Below are positions 9,764 to 21,000 of a stretch of 64,000 nt of DNA, in pieces; the first letter of the stretch is position 1, and every line of letters begins with the position of its first letter. The translations under genes were made by a program, and so were the position numbers. This DNA comes from an uncultured Candidatus Poseidoniales archaeon. Lineage in GTDB: Archaea; Thermoplasmatota; Poseidoniia; Poseidoniales; Thalassarchaeaceae. The stretch is taken from the NCBI GenBank assembly GCA_964618995.1, contig CAZUBQ010000002.1:25352-89351 (forward strand). The letters run 5' to 3'. The notes beneath the pieces are model-generated. The model was given only the letters and a program-made list of their open reading frames with translations. It ran no database searches and was not told the origin of the DNA.

Positions 9764-10828
9764 TCAGACCGGCCGCCGGAGGTTGGACAAACCATCTGAC
9801 TGCAGCATACGGATGAAGTCAATGTCCGGCTCCAGCCACTCAACGCTGGTCAGCTCTTCATTCTCCAGCCAGCGTGTCTGGTCGTGGACGGTCAGGCGCA
9901 ATTCATCCAACGAGCCCACAGGCTCGCACAACCAGAAGGAGAGTTCGACGACCATCGACGGGTAGCCATGCTCCAACCGTTCAAGACAGCGTATAGGCCG
10001 AACCTCAACCCCCAGCTCCTCGTTGATCTCACGCGCCACCGCACCAGCCTCTGTTTCACCTGGCTCGACCTTTCCACCAGGGAACTCCCAGTTTCCTGGC
10101 ATCGCCTCATCAGGAGCCCGGCGGGCGGCCAGAACGCGGTCGTCGTCTGCGAGGATGATGCCCGCAACGACCCTCACCCGAGGTCTCTGAGTAAGCAGCG
10201 CTCCAACCCGTCGCACCAATTCCACCTGCCGCTCAAAGGGCACCTGTTCGGCGGGAGGCACGTGGACGAAGATGGCGGGCAGGGGTCTTCCAAGACGGTC
10301 ACGACAATCTAAGCGGTCGATCATGCGCAGGGTGCGGTAGCAGGTCTCGTTGCACACGAACCTGCCCGCATCGTCGGACCTGCGCACGTCCGAATCTGAA
10401 CTGAATTCAGACAGGAGCATCTTCAGGGGAGCGGTGGTCAACTGCAACGGGAGGCCATCTTCGTCGATGAACGACTCTGATGGCTGACGCCCGCTATTGT
10501 CTGGAATGCGGAAATTGGCTTCGTTGACGGCTCCCGACTCAAGACATAGTCGTCGACGTCGCTCGGCGAAGCCGAGATGTAGAATCGCGTCCCATCCTGG
10601 TTCGTCAACAAGCAGGTCGGCGACCTCGCGGCTACCCGCCTCATCGACGCTCAGTACACGGCATTCCCATTCCACCGCGACCGTACGCGATTCCGCACCC
10701 TGTTGCGCAGGGGAATCTCCGAGGTCGACCGTCTCTGTCGCTCCATCCAGATGCTGTGCGATCTCCCCCGAGATGTTGTGCTCATTGCCTTCGAACGGCT
10801 CGAATCCGGTCACCAACACCCTGCGCAT
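9764..10828 (-). CDS. pcp: Pyroglutamyl-peptidase I (C15) fused to a MutT/NudG-like Nudix hydrolase
   Basis: VLVTGFEPF, LE..A.N, DAGRFVCN, FVHVP, then WEFPGGKVEPGETEAGAVAREINEELG. Start set at ATG 10828; the upstream extension is a shadow of the opposite-strand gene. Confidence 0.9.
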   Translation of the reverse strand: MRRVLVTGFEPFEGNEHNISGEIAQHLDGATETVDLGDSPAQQGAESRTVAVEWECRVLSVDEAGSREVADLLVDEPGWDAILHLGFAERRRRLCLESGAVNEANFRIPDNSGRQPSESFIDEDGLPLQLTTAPLKMLLSEFSSDSDVRRSDDAGRFVCNETCYRTLRMIDRLDCRDRLGRPLPAIFVHVPPAEQVPFERQVELVRRVGALLTQRPRVRVVAGIILADDDRVLAARRAPDEAMPGNWEFPGGKVEPGETEAGAVAREINEELGVEVRPIRCLERLEHGYPSMVVELSFWLCEPVGSLDELRLTVHDQTRWLENEELTSVEWLEPDIDFIRMLQSDGLSNLRRPV

Positions 10829-10919
10829 CCGCGTCACCACCAGCAATCCAGCGCGCGGGCGTGTAGGCAGGACATAGATTATCGCTGGCAAGGAAGGAGA
10901 ACCAAGTGGAGTTGGGGTG

Positions 10920-11480
10920 ATGGACGACTGGGACCACCTGACTGACGAAGACTTGGACCGGTTCGCCCTAGCCGGAACAAGAGATGCGATGCAGGATGAG
11001 GAGAGCGGCGTCAGGGAGTACTCGAGCTTGATGCTCGCTGACGGGCTGTTGTACGCTGTAGGAGTGATTGCTGTCATGAATTCGGTGCTCGAAGCAGACA
11101 TGTTCCTGTTCTTCTGCGGATCGGGGCTGTGGCTCTGTTCACAATCCATCAACCGTTTTCGGCGATTACTACCCTTGTGGTTGCGTGCAGCCTTGAACAT
11201 GGAGATTGACCCTCCCGATTGGGAGATTCTGACATCCAAGCAGAAGAAGCGCCGTATCGTGACCGTGTTCGTTGCCGCTGCACTGTCCGGCCTCACCGCC
11301 TGGCGCTTCACGGTCGGGTTCGATGAGATCGCCACTCGCAGCGGAGTACCGTTCCACCTCGTCATCTTCACACTGGCTGGGATGTTGGCCCTGCTCGGAC
11401 TGCACTGGATCCGTTTGCTGATGGCTGACGAGGGCATCTACGAACCCCATTCCATGGAGCACGAAGAGCCGTGGGGCTGA
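10920..11480 (+). CDS. Four-TM hypothetical membrane protein
   Basis: Four hydrophobic segments; divergent from pcp. Confidence 0.7.
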   Translation: MDDWDHLTDEDLDRFALAGTRDAMQDEESGVREYSSLMLADGLLYAVGVIAVMNSVLEADMFLFFCGSGLWLCSQSINRFRRLLPLWLRAALNMEIDPPDWEILTSKQKKRRIVTVFVAAALSGLTAWRFTVGFDEIATRSGVPFHLVIFTLAGMLALLGLHWIRLLMADEGIYEPHSMEHEEPWG

Positions 11481-11504
11481 AGGCGAATGGGTGTGCACGG
11501 GTGA

Positions 11505-11867
11505 ATGAAGATGGCGTCCGACGGCATACATGATGGATTCCAGCGGCGGGTGGCTGAGAGGCTGGCTGATTCACCCCGATGGCAGACTCCTTTCCGGGTA
11601 CTGCTGGTCATCTGGAGTGAATTCACCGGTGGCCTCGGTGCTTGGGGGGCACTACGTCCGCTGGTCGCCACCGCGTTGGCGTTCGTCCCGTTCTTGTTCC
11701 TCGGACAGCACTTCAACCGCCAGCATCGCAAAGGATTCGACTGGGCGATGCTGCAGATTCCATTGCTCCTAGCGCTGCTCTGGCCCCTTCTCTGGTTCTG
11801 GTCCATCTTCGACGCCTACCAGACTGCGATGCTATCCGTAGCAGACGACTATTCGGTCGCCGCTTGA
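11505..11867 (+). CDS. Small membrane protein
   Basis: FLGQHFNRQH.KG...W.WSIFDAY pattern with 2-3 hydrophobic helices. Confidence 0.65.
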   Translation: MKMASDGIHDGFQRRVAERLADSPRWQTPFRVLLVIWSEFTGGLGAWGALRPLVATALAFVPFLFLGQHFNRQHRKGFDWAMLQIPLLLALLWPLLWFWSIFDAYQTAMLSVADDYSVAA

Positions 11868-11869
11868 CA

Positions 11870-12361
11870 TCAGAAGTCGTCGGGGTATTCCACCGGAGAG
11901 AACAAGGAACCGGGACCGCTTGCCCCAGAGAGTTGACTACGCACCAGATGTTCCCACTCGCGCATGAACAACAACGCGTCCGTCAATGGCAATTCACATT
12001 CGTTGATCACGTTGCGGATGATCGTGTCGAAGATGTCGATGCGATCCCCATCGACCATGTCAAGCACCTTGTCGAGCGCGAATTCGGTATCTTGCCCAAC
12101 ATCAGCAGCAGAATCCCCAGCCTCCAGCGGCCAAGGTTGGCTGAGTCGTTCTGGCAGCTCCTCTCCCTGCTCAGCAGCGTGTGCGGAGAGGTGCGTGCTG
12201 ATCTGCTTGGTGTATTTCGAAAGCACCAGGCTGACCTCGACGACGGGCATCGAATATTGCTGAGTGAAGTTCACCATTCGTTCCTGCAGGAACAGCAGTT
12301 TGCTGGAGGTGGGAGCGTCAACGGAAGGGGGTGATTCCGGCTCAGGATGTTCATTATCCAA
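11870..12361 (-). CDS. Hypothetical acidic helical protein with an internal duplication
   Basis: TTG start with GGAGGG SD; FTQQYSMPVVEVSLVLSKY resembles VINECELPLTDALLFMREW. Confidence 0.7.
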   Translation of the reverse strand: MDNEHPEPESPPSVDAPTSSKLLFLQERMVNFTQQYSMPVVEVSLVLSKYTKQISTHLSAHAAEQGEELPERLSQPWPLEAGDSAADVGQDTEFALDKVLDMVDGDRIDIFDTIIRNVINECELPLTDALLFMREWEHLVRSQLSGASGPGSLFSPVEYPDDF

Positions 12362-12397
12362 TCAGACCCTCCCTGTCGCTACGGTTCAGAGAGCGGT

Positions 12398-15300
12398 TCA
12401 CTCGTCACCCTTGCCAGTGAACCAACGGGCAGCGCGTTCTAGTTCATCGGCGTTGAGGTAGTTGTTACCTTCAGAGTCAAACGCCACCGCGTATGTCAGG
12501 AATGCTTCGCGGTCGGCGATTCCGTGCTCGGTCATCGCCCGTTCGAGTACCGCTTCAGAGAAGTTCATCTTCGCCAACGCCGCCTTCCCTTCCTGCTGCT
12601 GCACCTTCCAGGCCTCCACCTGCTCATGCGTCCACCCCTTCGCCAGCAGTTGAATGTCAGTCCAGCCCTCCGAACCAGATTGTGTGGCCACATCACCCGA
12701 ATCCTGAGAAATCCCACCTCCCGGTGGAGGGGGTGGAGTCGCTCCGACGGGTATCGAGTTCGGATCGAACCCTTCAGGTGGTGCCGGGGCTTTCTCTGGC
12801 GGAGGGGCGTCGGGATCGAACCCTTCTGGTGGAGGCGGAGGAGCGCTCATGTCAGCGATGACGTCAACCGTCTGATCGTGAGTGGAACCTTCGGGTTCCA
12901 ACCGCCCGAGATTGCGATTCATCACGATGAGCACGACGATGACGATGAGTGCAACCATCAAGGAGATGTAGAGCACAATCGGGCCAATGTTATCGGTGAA
13001 CTGCTGGCTCATCGCGGCCGCGTCGCGTGCTACTGGGGGCTGGAGAATGAGCGGGTCGATAGAGATCCTATCGAGCACCACATGTCCGTCACGGACAACC
13101 AGACGGTAGCGTTCGACGGTCTCCTCCTCAACCTCATCAGTTTCGATGACAATCTCCCCGATGAAGCCTGCTTGTGGCCGCAGTGTCACCTCTGTCGATG
13201 CGTCCTCGACATCGACCCATACGCCGTTGCCTATCTTCCTCTGGAGAGCGAAGGTGAGGTTGCCCTCCTCGTCATTTGAATTGGTTCCGATGATCGTCAA
13301 CGTGACCGGGTCACCCGATTCAGGAGTAGCGTCCGACCAACTGATGTCCGTCTCAAACAGGTCTACGTCCGGGCCGACGCGAACGAGGCGCCAGGTTTCG
13401 AGCGGAGTTGCCTCAGTGTTGTTCTCTGACACATACGGATTTCCGGCAGCATCTGCACCTGTCACCCAGACATCCACCAAGTATCCCGGAAGAAGTTCAG
13501 TCACCCCACCGTCGGTGATGTCGATGGTGTCGGTCCAGTGTCCGTATCCGTACTGCTGCAACAAAGTGCGCAACTCGTAACTGCCACGTGCTACTTCCGA
13601 CTCGCCAGCACGCACGATGTAGTGCAGCACTGCCGGTCGGTTGGAATCGAAACCTGAGGCGTCGCTGGTGTTCAGGAACACCACAATCTCTCCAGCGTCA
13701 GTCAGAGGGATGTCTCCGGAGGGAAGAATGGAGTTGATTACTGGCAGAACGCCATCCACCTCGAGCAGGATGCGCGGCGGCTCAGGTGTCTGGTCAGTCG
13801 CCAGTCCAGGAAGGTTCTCCAGCCATGCGAACATGTCGAGGTGACCGCTACGCACGTTCGGGACGAGGATGTCGACGGTGAACTCCCCACCCTCGCGCGG
13901 CACTGCTCTCCATTCGAGTTCTAGGTTTCCGACGACGATGTCGAAAGCGCCTTCAGGCGCAGGTGCGTGGTCCTCGCTGAACAGGATGCGTCCGTTGACG
14001 CGGACGACCTGTCCGGCAGCGATAGTCCGTTGCTCTCCCTCCTCATTGTACAGGTTCTGGCCGGTGGCCAGATCGATGGCTGTGAAGTGACCCGGGTCGA
14101 GGTCGAAGCGGAGGTCATTGTCGAGGCTCCATTCGTCATTGCCCAACCCACCTCGTTCAGAGAAACATGGCTCCAGTGTTTCCGCGTAACAGGGCCAGTC
14201 GGATACTTCAATCACGGGAATGTAAGTGGACAAACCATCGGTATCCATCTCTTCCGGGAATTGCCATGTCAACTGGAAGCGGATGTTCAGGTCAATGATT
14301 GACTCATTGCCATCGACCAGAGTGTAATCGCTGTAGAGATTGGACACCGCTAATCCAAGACCCCCCGATTCAAGATACATGTCGAGAGTACCGTCCTCAA
14401 GTTTGGTGAAGTTGGCCCAGATTGAGCTCTCTGACTCGCTCAACTCGCCATTGAGAGAAATCTGGACATTGGAGATATCGTTCCAACCGTTACGATCGAC
14501 CACCCTCAGCCGCGCGATGTACTGCGTACCGGGATGCAGTGGTGCCTCGTCGTCGTGTCCAACGATCGTCGAGTTCTCCGATTCCAAGTATGGTTCAAAC
14601 TCCTCACGGATGTGATAGGTGACCAGGTCAGCTTCCCAATCAGGTTCCTCCTCGTTGAAGCCTACACCGCAGGGGTCAGCCTCTTCTGAACACACGGGAC
14701 CTCCACCCATCGCCAGCGCGTTACCCTGAGCATCCGCCCCCTCGATGTAGAGAGATACCTTCTCTCCATGGTGGTTCACGTTGTCCTGGATGAGCCCCTC
14801 GAAGATGTTCAAGCCGCCGGGTTGCACCTCGGGCGTGTTCAACGTCAGGTAACTGTACTCATTCCAATCGGGTATGCCATCGTAATCGAGGTCATGTTGC
14901 CCTTCGACCCAATAGCGCAGGTCGAGTTGTGTTGGCGGATCGACAGAGTCCTGCACGACGATGCGAATCGGCTGGCTGGGTGTGCCCTTGTGCACCTCAT
15001 CGCCATCAGAGGGCGTCGCGCCGATTACGAGCGGACTGTTGCCGTCGAGCACCAGTCGTACCGTGTTCCAACCCGGATTGACGAACTCTGAGTTGTTGAC
15101 GAGGCTGACCGCCTTGATGCGAAAGAGCATACCGCCCGGTGACGACTCGACCGGGCTGACAATCGTGATTGAGTACTGCCCGTGGGACGGATTCGGTTCG
15201 ATGTGGAACTGCTTCTCCGGCTCCATCGGTTCCCCATCCATTGTCAGGTTCTGGCCGGTCAGTTCCAGGCTGAACTGTCCTGCCTGTGGAGAGTAAGCCG

Positions 15301-17869
15301 TTCCATCGAAGGATATCGAACCGTGGAACGTCACCTCGAGTCCGCCACGTACCCAGTCACTTCCGGAGAGTACGCGACCGGTCTCGTCCTCGACGCCCAT
15401 ATCCATCAGTTGGATGTCGTTCTCCACTCGCATTCCAAGACTCTCAGTCTCCCAGCGGGTCACCTGCCTACCGATGTCATCGTCGACAGTGAGCAGAACC
15501 TCGATGCCGCTCTCGTCGTCCCAAGTCCAGTTCGAACGCAACGGGAGCAGCAAGGACAGGACTCCATCAGACGATTCCTGCGAGGTGCAGTTTGCAGCAT
15601 CGAAGGAGATCAGGTCGGCGTTGTCCGACACCAGCGAGCAGGCATTGCCGTTGGACCACCTGATGATGGGATTCTCCACGCCGGTCGCCTGTAACTCGAC
15701 GTCGACCTGGTTGATGCGGTCCGCCTCGTCACCCTCAGCGACCCTAGCCACCAACACACGGCTCACTCCGTCGGGGACGAGCATGCCCCCTTCGAGCGAG
15801 GCGTCGAGCGCCATCGTGGACATCTTGTAGGTTACATCCAGATTGGATACGCGTATGCGACCGGGAGAGCCTGCCATGAAGGTCAGAGTGACGTTGCTGA
15901 CTCCGACTCCGTTATCCAGAATGTTGTCGTTGAAAGCATCGACAAGGTTCTGCCCACTGAGGGTTACCGGTTGGTTGAGCAGGTCCGTGCCGACGTATTC
16001 GTAACTCCCATCATCCCCAATGTCGATTCTGACTGAACTCGGGTAGCCCTCCTCGTAGTCCAGAGTGAACGAAGATAGAGAGGGCGTAACGCTGGAGTCA
16101 GTTGACCCGAAGGTCACCCGGTAGGCCAATTGGTTCCCCTGTGAGGTGAACGTCACCATCTGATTGTTCGTCACCGTCTGCCAGTTGCTGCCGTTGTCAT
16201 TGCTCACCTCCACACCCACTGTCGTCCCCGGTGGAGTGGATTCCACCCAGGACACCTGCATCTGCCCTACCTGTGTGCTCGTCGTGACCGTGGGCGAGGT
16301 CCAACTCCCCGCTGTGTTGTAATCAGTGGAGTAGTTGAGCGACATCCACCACGATACCGAGGTCGACCCTACCATCTGCAGCTTCCAGCGCAACTGCTGG
16401 CCGGGATGAGGGAAGTGCACCGTCTGGTTGTTCACCACCTGAACCCAGTGAGTTCCGTTGTCCGCGCTCACCCAGTAATCGACTCGGTCACCCGCGGCCG
16501 TCGCCGACCAGACCGTCTCGATGTTCGCCACCAGCACGTCGCTGTTCGTGTCGATGGGCTCACTGATCCAGTTCGAAGTCCCCGGTTGGGGAGATATCGG
16601 ATAACTCCAGCCAGTGCCGAATTCCCGGTAGTAGCGATTGGTGTAGTGGTAGTGATCATGCGTCAGAAGTCGCTGGCCATCGTGGTAAATCCCGTAACCG
16701 TTGGCGGGAATGGATGCCTCTCCGGTCTGCTTTGCGAGGGTGGTAGAGGTACCGCTGACAGCGAACACCTCGATTCTGTCCTGATAGTACTGGAAGCGGC
16801 TGCGCATGAAGAACAGGTTGTCCTCGACTGCCAACCCGTGCTGTTGGTTGTAATTCGAGAAGTAAGCGTACTGCAGGCTTCCGTCTCGCTCAAACGTGCC
16901 GTCGTCGGAGAAGGAGTAGGGAAGAATGGTCCGCCTGGTGGGGTGGAGTACCCAGAAGATATCCCTGCTGCGGTCGAACGAGATGCCGGTGTAGGAGCCG
17001 AACTGCTGGCCGGAGAGATCGTAGGACTGGATGCACTCCCAGTTGTTCTCGTAGCGAATGTCAAGCACCCATAATCGGAGATACTGCGCTTGGTAGTTGT
17101 AGGCGTCAGAACCGATGATGGCGTAGAGCCGCTCATCGTCTCCGACAGTCCACCCTCGGAATCCATACTCCCCCCACTGCGACATTGTTGGGAAGGCGCA
17201 GTTACCTGACTCGATCATGACCGAGGAGTGTACCGACATGTTGTTCGGCCAGACCTTCTTCACCACCTGATTGATCTGCTTCGAGTCGAAAGTCGAGACG
17301 TAAAGCCAGTCGCGGTGCTTCATCACCGCGCCGGCATAACTGCCAATCGACGAGGTGAGCGTTCGCTGAGCTGAGAGGCGGGTCTCGGTCGAGTTCGAAG
17401 TGTGCGGCTGGCGGATGCTGAACGAACCGTTGTCATTCCAAGCACTGCCGGACGAGGCGTTGTCATCCATGCTATGCGGGACGAACTCCTTGACGGGGGA
17501 ATCCATCGCCAGCGTGAGTTCATCAGAGCGAGTCTCTACAGATGTGGCCTCACCAGATTCCCAGTCCGGTCGAGATTGATGTACGATCTGGTTCCAGCCG
17601 GTCGACGAGGCGCCGGCAATCGTCATCTCCACATCTGTGACCTCCGCCCCCCGCGGCATCGAGACTTGCACGTTGCGAGCTGGAGTCCCCATGTGGTAGA
17701 CAGCAATCGCCTCGGTGCTGCCATCCGAGAACGAGTACTGGTGGCGGGTTCCACCTCCGGCAGCACTCACGTCGTCAGCGATGAAGGATAGGGCGGGGAC
17801 TCCGATGGAGCAAAGGAACAGCAACAGCAGTGTTCCTGAGAGGAGTCGCTTGCTATGTTCCGGGTCCAT
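12398..17869 (-). CDS. Giant (~1,820 aa) cell-surface protein: propeller/Asp-box region, Ig-like domains, C-terminal TM, Pro-rich tail with EF-hand
   Basis: Signal peptide; Asp-box motifs VSADNGTHW and VSNDNGSNW; TM IVLYISLMVALIVIVVLIV; PPEGFDP twice; DSEGNNYLNADE. Confidence 0.85.
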   Translation of the reverse strand: MDPEHSKRLLSGTLLLLFLCSIGVPALSFIADDVSAAGGGTRHQYSFSDGSTEAIAVYHMGTPARNVQVSMPRGAEVTDVEMTIAGASSTGWNQIVHQSRPDWESGEATSVETRSDELTLAMDSPVKEFVPHSMDDNASSGSAWNDNGSFSIRQPHTSNSTETRLSAQRTLTSSIGSYAGAVMKHRDWLYVSTFDSKQINQVVKKVWPNNMSVHSSVMIESGNCAFPTMSQWGEYGFRGWTVGDDERLYAIIGSDAYNYQAQYLRLWVLDIRYENNWECIQSYDLSGQQFGSYTGISFDRSRDIFWVLHPTRRTILPYSFSDDGTFERDGSLQYAYFSNYNQQHGLAVEDNLFFMRSRFQYYQDRIEVFAVSGTSTTLAKQTGEASIPANGYGIYHDGQRLLTHDHYHYTNRYYREFGTGWSYPISPQPGTSNWISEPIDTNSDVLVANIETVWSATAAGDRVDYWVSADNGTHWVQVVNNQTVHFPHPGQQLRWKLQMVGSTSVSWWMSLNYSTDYNTAGSWTSPTVTTSTQVGQMQVSWVESTPPGTTVGVEVSNDNGSNWQTVTNNQMVTFTSQGNQLAYRVTFGSTDSSVTPSLSSFTLDYEEGYPSSVRIDIGDDGSYEYVGTDLLNQPVTLSGQNLVDAFNDNILDNGVGVSNVTLTFMAGSPGRIRVSNLDVTYKMSTMALDASLEGGMLVPDGVSRVLVARVAEGDEADRINQVDVELQATGVENPIIRWSNGNACSLVSDNADLISFDAANCTSQESSDGVLSLLLPLRSNWTWDDESGIEVLLTVDDDIGRQVTRWETESLGMRVENDIQLMDMGVEDETGRVLSGSDWVRGGLEVTFHGSISFDGTAYSPQAGQFSLELTGQNLTMDGEPMEPEKQFHIEPNPSHGQYSITIVSPVESSPGGMLFRIKAVSLVNNSEFVNPGWNTVRLVLDGNSPLVIGATPSDGDEVHKGTPSQPIRIVVQDSVDPPTQLDLRYWVEGQHDLDYDGIPDWNEYSYLTLNTPEVQPGGLNIFEGLIQDNVNHHGEKVSLYIEGADAQGNALAMGGGPVCSEEADPCGVGFNEEEPDWEADLVTYHIREEFEPYLESENSTIVGHDDEAPLHPGTQYIARLRVVDRNGWNDISNVQISLNGELSESESSIWANFTKLEDGTLDMYLESGGLGLAVSNLYSDYTLVDGNESIIDLNIRFQLTWQFPEEMDTDGLSTYIPVIEVSDWPCYAETLEPCFSERGGLGNDEWSLDNDLRFDLDPGHFTAIDLATGQNLYNEEGEQRTIAAGQVVRVNGRILFSEDHAPAPEGAFDIVVGNLELEWRAVPREGGEFTVDILVPNVRSGHLDMFAWLENLPGLATDQTPEPPRILLEVDGVLPVINSILPSGDIPLTDAGEIVVFLNTSDASGFDSNRPAVLHYIVRAGESEVARGSYELRTLLQQYGYGHWTDTIDITDGGVTELLPGYLVDVWVTGADAAGNPYVSENNTEATPLETWRLVRVGPDVDLFETDISWSDATPESGDPVTLTIIGTNSNDEEGNLTFALQRKIGNGVWVDVEDASTEVTLRPQAGFIGEIVIETDEVEEETVERYRLVVRDGHVVLDRISIDPLILQPPVARDAAAMSQQFTDNIGPIVLYISLMVALIVIVVLIVMNRNLGRLEPEGSTHDQTVDVIADMSAPPPPPEGFDPDAPPPEKAPAPPEGFDPNSIPVGATPPPPPGGGISQDSGDVATQSGSEGWTDIQLLAKGWTHEQVEAWKVQQQEGKAALAKMNFSEAVLERAMTEHGIADREAFLTYAVAFDSEGNNYLNADELERAARWFTGKGDE

Positions 17870-18011
17870 GGACAAGCCTGCCTAGCAATGCCACCATTTC
17901 GGCTGACTATCAATGCTCTGCACAATGGACACACGCCTACGGCGGGTGTCTTGTGACGATTTTCGTCTGTTTCCCAGAGAACACACAACACTGGAAAGTG
18001 AGGGTGCTCAC

Positions 18012-21000
18012 TCAGCCGATGTTCGTCTTACGGTCATCCCAGCGTAGTGGAGATGGGCCGTTCCCACGGACGTTGTCGAGCATGTCGTTCTCAATCTCGA
18101 ACCAATCATTCAGCCAGTCACCATCGGAATCCCAGTTCAATGGGTTCGTCCCATCGGCTATCTGGTCACCATCCATGTCGATGCGCCACCAGCCCCACAC
18201 GTTCTCGCCGATTCCGGTGTTGGGGAAGTGGTACTGGTCACCGAACACCCTGCCGTACTCGTCGGTCCAGTCCCCCTTCACAAGGTGGATGTCATTGCCG
18301 TTGTCGATGGTCATGTAGTCCGGGTCCATGTCGTTGATGACCAGAGCATAGAGCTCATCAGTGGAATTGGTGCGATACATGCGCATGTAGTTCACCAGGT
18401 AGGAACTCGGCTGTCCCAATCCAAGCAGCGTCTCACGTAATTCCCACCATTCGCTGACCACCACGTTGATCGGTGGGCTGGTCCCAGCAATCGGTATCGG
18501 TGTCGAGCGCACCAGCGTGGGCGAGACCAACGAGGCGTTGGTGATGCCGTAGAACTCCTGGAAGTTGTTGTAGGAGGTGTAGGTACAACCGGCATTAGTG
18601 CATTCCCAATCTCCATCTAGGTCCGGATCCTCCATCGCATCGGCAGGGTCGGTAGCGTTGAACGTGTACCAGGTCCAATTCATCAATGGCCGTTCGAGCA
18701 GACCCATGCCGTTGTCGTGCAGCGGGCGCAAGACAATGCTGCCCAGCACTGTGTACTGCTCCCAGACAGTCTCGATTTGGGCGTACGATGACCAGTTGTC
18801 ATTAGATTCGTTCCAGCCCATCTTGTACTCGTACCAGTCGGGCAGCATGTCCCAGTCGGTGTCGTTGTCGAGCGCGTTGGTGCCGTACTTGAACACCTCT
18901 CGACCGTCGAGCAGCGCCCAGTCCCTCTCATAGCTGAGCGTGATGTTGTCGTCGCTCGGATCGCTGATGTGCGTGTAGGTGATGGCGTCTTCGTCGGTGT
19001 CGTTCAGGTCTGGTCGAGTGCCGTTGTCGTACTCCATCCAGTTGGTGAAGAACAGCGGAGAGTTGCCCGCTGATATCTGGTCCTCTATTCCCCCAGAGGT
19101 GAACACATGACTGCTCCATTCCCCTTGAGTTGCCACCCTGTCTCCGGAGGTGCGGTCGAACCAGCCGTCAAGATCAGGGTCGTAGTCGATGTCCAAGGGG
19201 TTCACAGGATTGGTAGCCCAGCGCCAGTCGTCGACTGGGAACACGGTCTGGTATGTCCCGTAGCAGAACTCCCATCCGTCGGGGATGCCATCGGAGTCAG
19301 AGTCGGAGTGAGTCGGGTCGGATATTCCGATGAGACTGAGATTGAAGTTGTCTGAATAAGCGGAGTTGATACGATTCATACGGTTGGAACTGGTGACATC
19401 CTTGGCCGCGAACGTTTGCACCAGTTGCGCGCGAGCATCCCCCCAAGAGAGACCCTGCTCATCCATGTAGGCGTTGATGGCGTCCTCACCGTAGTCGACG
19501 ATGCCGAATCCCGGCGGGAAGGAGTAGCGCATCGACTCCTTTCCGTAGACCCGGGCTTCATACTCGCGGAGGTTCGAGTAACGCTCGTCAGGCGCTATCT
19601 GTCCATCCTGGTTGCAGTCATACGAGTCGTCGTCACTATCGGCGAATACATCGGTGATGGTCAGCGGATTCATCGACCAACGGTTTCCGTCGAGGTCCCA
19701 TTCTGTGAACCAATACTCGTAGCCGTCGATCATGCCATCATCGTCGGTGTCATTGTTGGTCGGGTCGGTGATGCCGATCAATGTAGAGAAAAACGGTTGG
19801 GCTATGCCAGTTACTTCCCAATTCCAGTGTTGCTGTAATGCGATGAACGCTCTTCCAGATCTCCCTTCGAGCATGTCCTCGATGCGTTCGGAGAAATTCG
19901 CTGACTCGAGCACGAGCGCCTCTTCCCACATCTTGGGCGCGTCCGGTGGTGCAAGGCCACCGTTGAGGGGGTTCTCGTACGTCAGGTTCAGCTCCTGCAG
20001 GTCTGTGAGTGCGTCTTGGTCACCGTCCGCGCCTCCATCCCCAGCAACCAGAGGGTTGAGGGTCCAGTTGAGGAAAGACAGGTTCCACTCGGTGAACAGC
20101 AGTTCGATGCCATCGAGCAGGCCGTCACCGTCACTGTCTCCATTGTTCGGGTCGCAGGTCGGCCCGGACAGATTGTACTGGTCTGAGGACATGAACGCAC
20201 CGAAAGAGGGCGCGCCCACACCCTGAGCCCATGGCTGGAGTATGATCTGGTTGCCGCTCCTGAACGGGAACCATTGTGGCGAGGTCTGGTTGGCGTCGGT
20301 CTCAGACAAATTGGCTGAAATGGAGTTGTACTCCTCCCAGTTAGTCATGCCGTCGCCGTCCGGGTCGTTGAAGCGGTCGGACGAGTTCATCGGGTTGAGC
20401 ATCCACTGCGCATCGAAAGTGTCCCAGCGGGCGAACCATACCTCCCAGCCGTCAGGCATGCCATCAGTGTCGCTGTCGGCGGACAGTGGGTCCGATGCAC
20501 CCTCGTCAGTGAGGATGATTCCTGGAACATTGCTGATGGCATTGAAACCGGCACGCTCGCCGAACGGCAGCGTCGCACCGCTCGTCCAACTATCGTTCCA
20601 CAGAGAAGTGACGAAACCTGCGGGGAGCGGGGTGCCGTCATCGGTCATGTTCCCAAAGATCTGCTTGTCCTTGATGTGGTACTCCATCCAGTTGTTGAAC
20701 CACTCGTCCTCGGTCAACTCACCATCGTGATTAGCGTCGTAACCATCACCGTCGGGGTTGTTGAGGTAGTCACTGCCGTTGAGGGGGTTGATGCCTACGT
20801 TAGCCATGCTCCACACGCACGCGTAGCGAGCCTCCCATCCATCGGGAAGCGAGTCACCGTCCGAATCCGGATTGTTGGGGTCGATCTTCGTCCAGTTCTG
20901 TGCGGCCTCGGCACTCTCACCGTGGCTCGGCAGCCCGTTCGCCCGTGAATCGAGCAGAAGGAGTTCCCACTGGTATTCACAGTAGTTCGTCAGCCCATCG

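Noticed and set aside
10829..11437. N-terminal 203 aa of the 557-aa ORF
   Set aside because: Antisense shadow of the 10920-11480 gene; Pcp homology begins at MRRVLVTG
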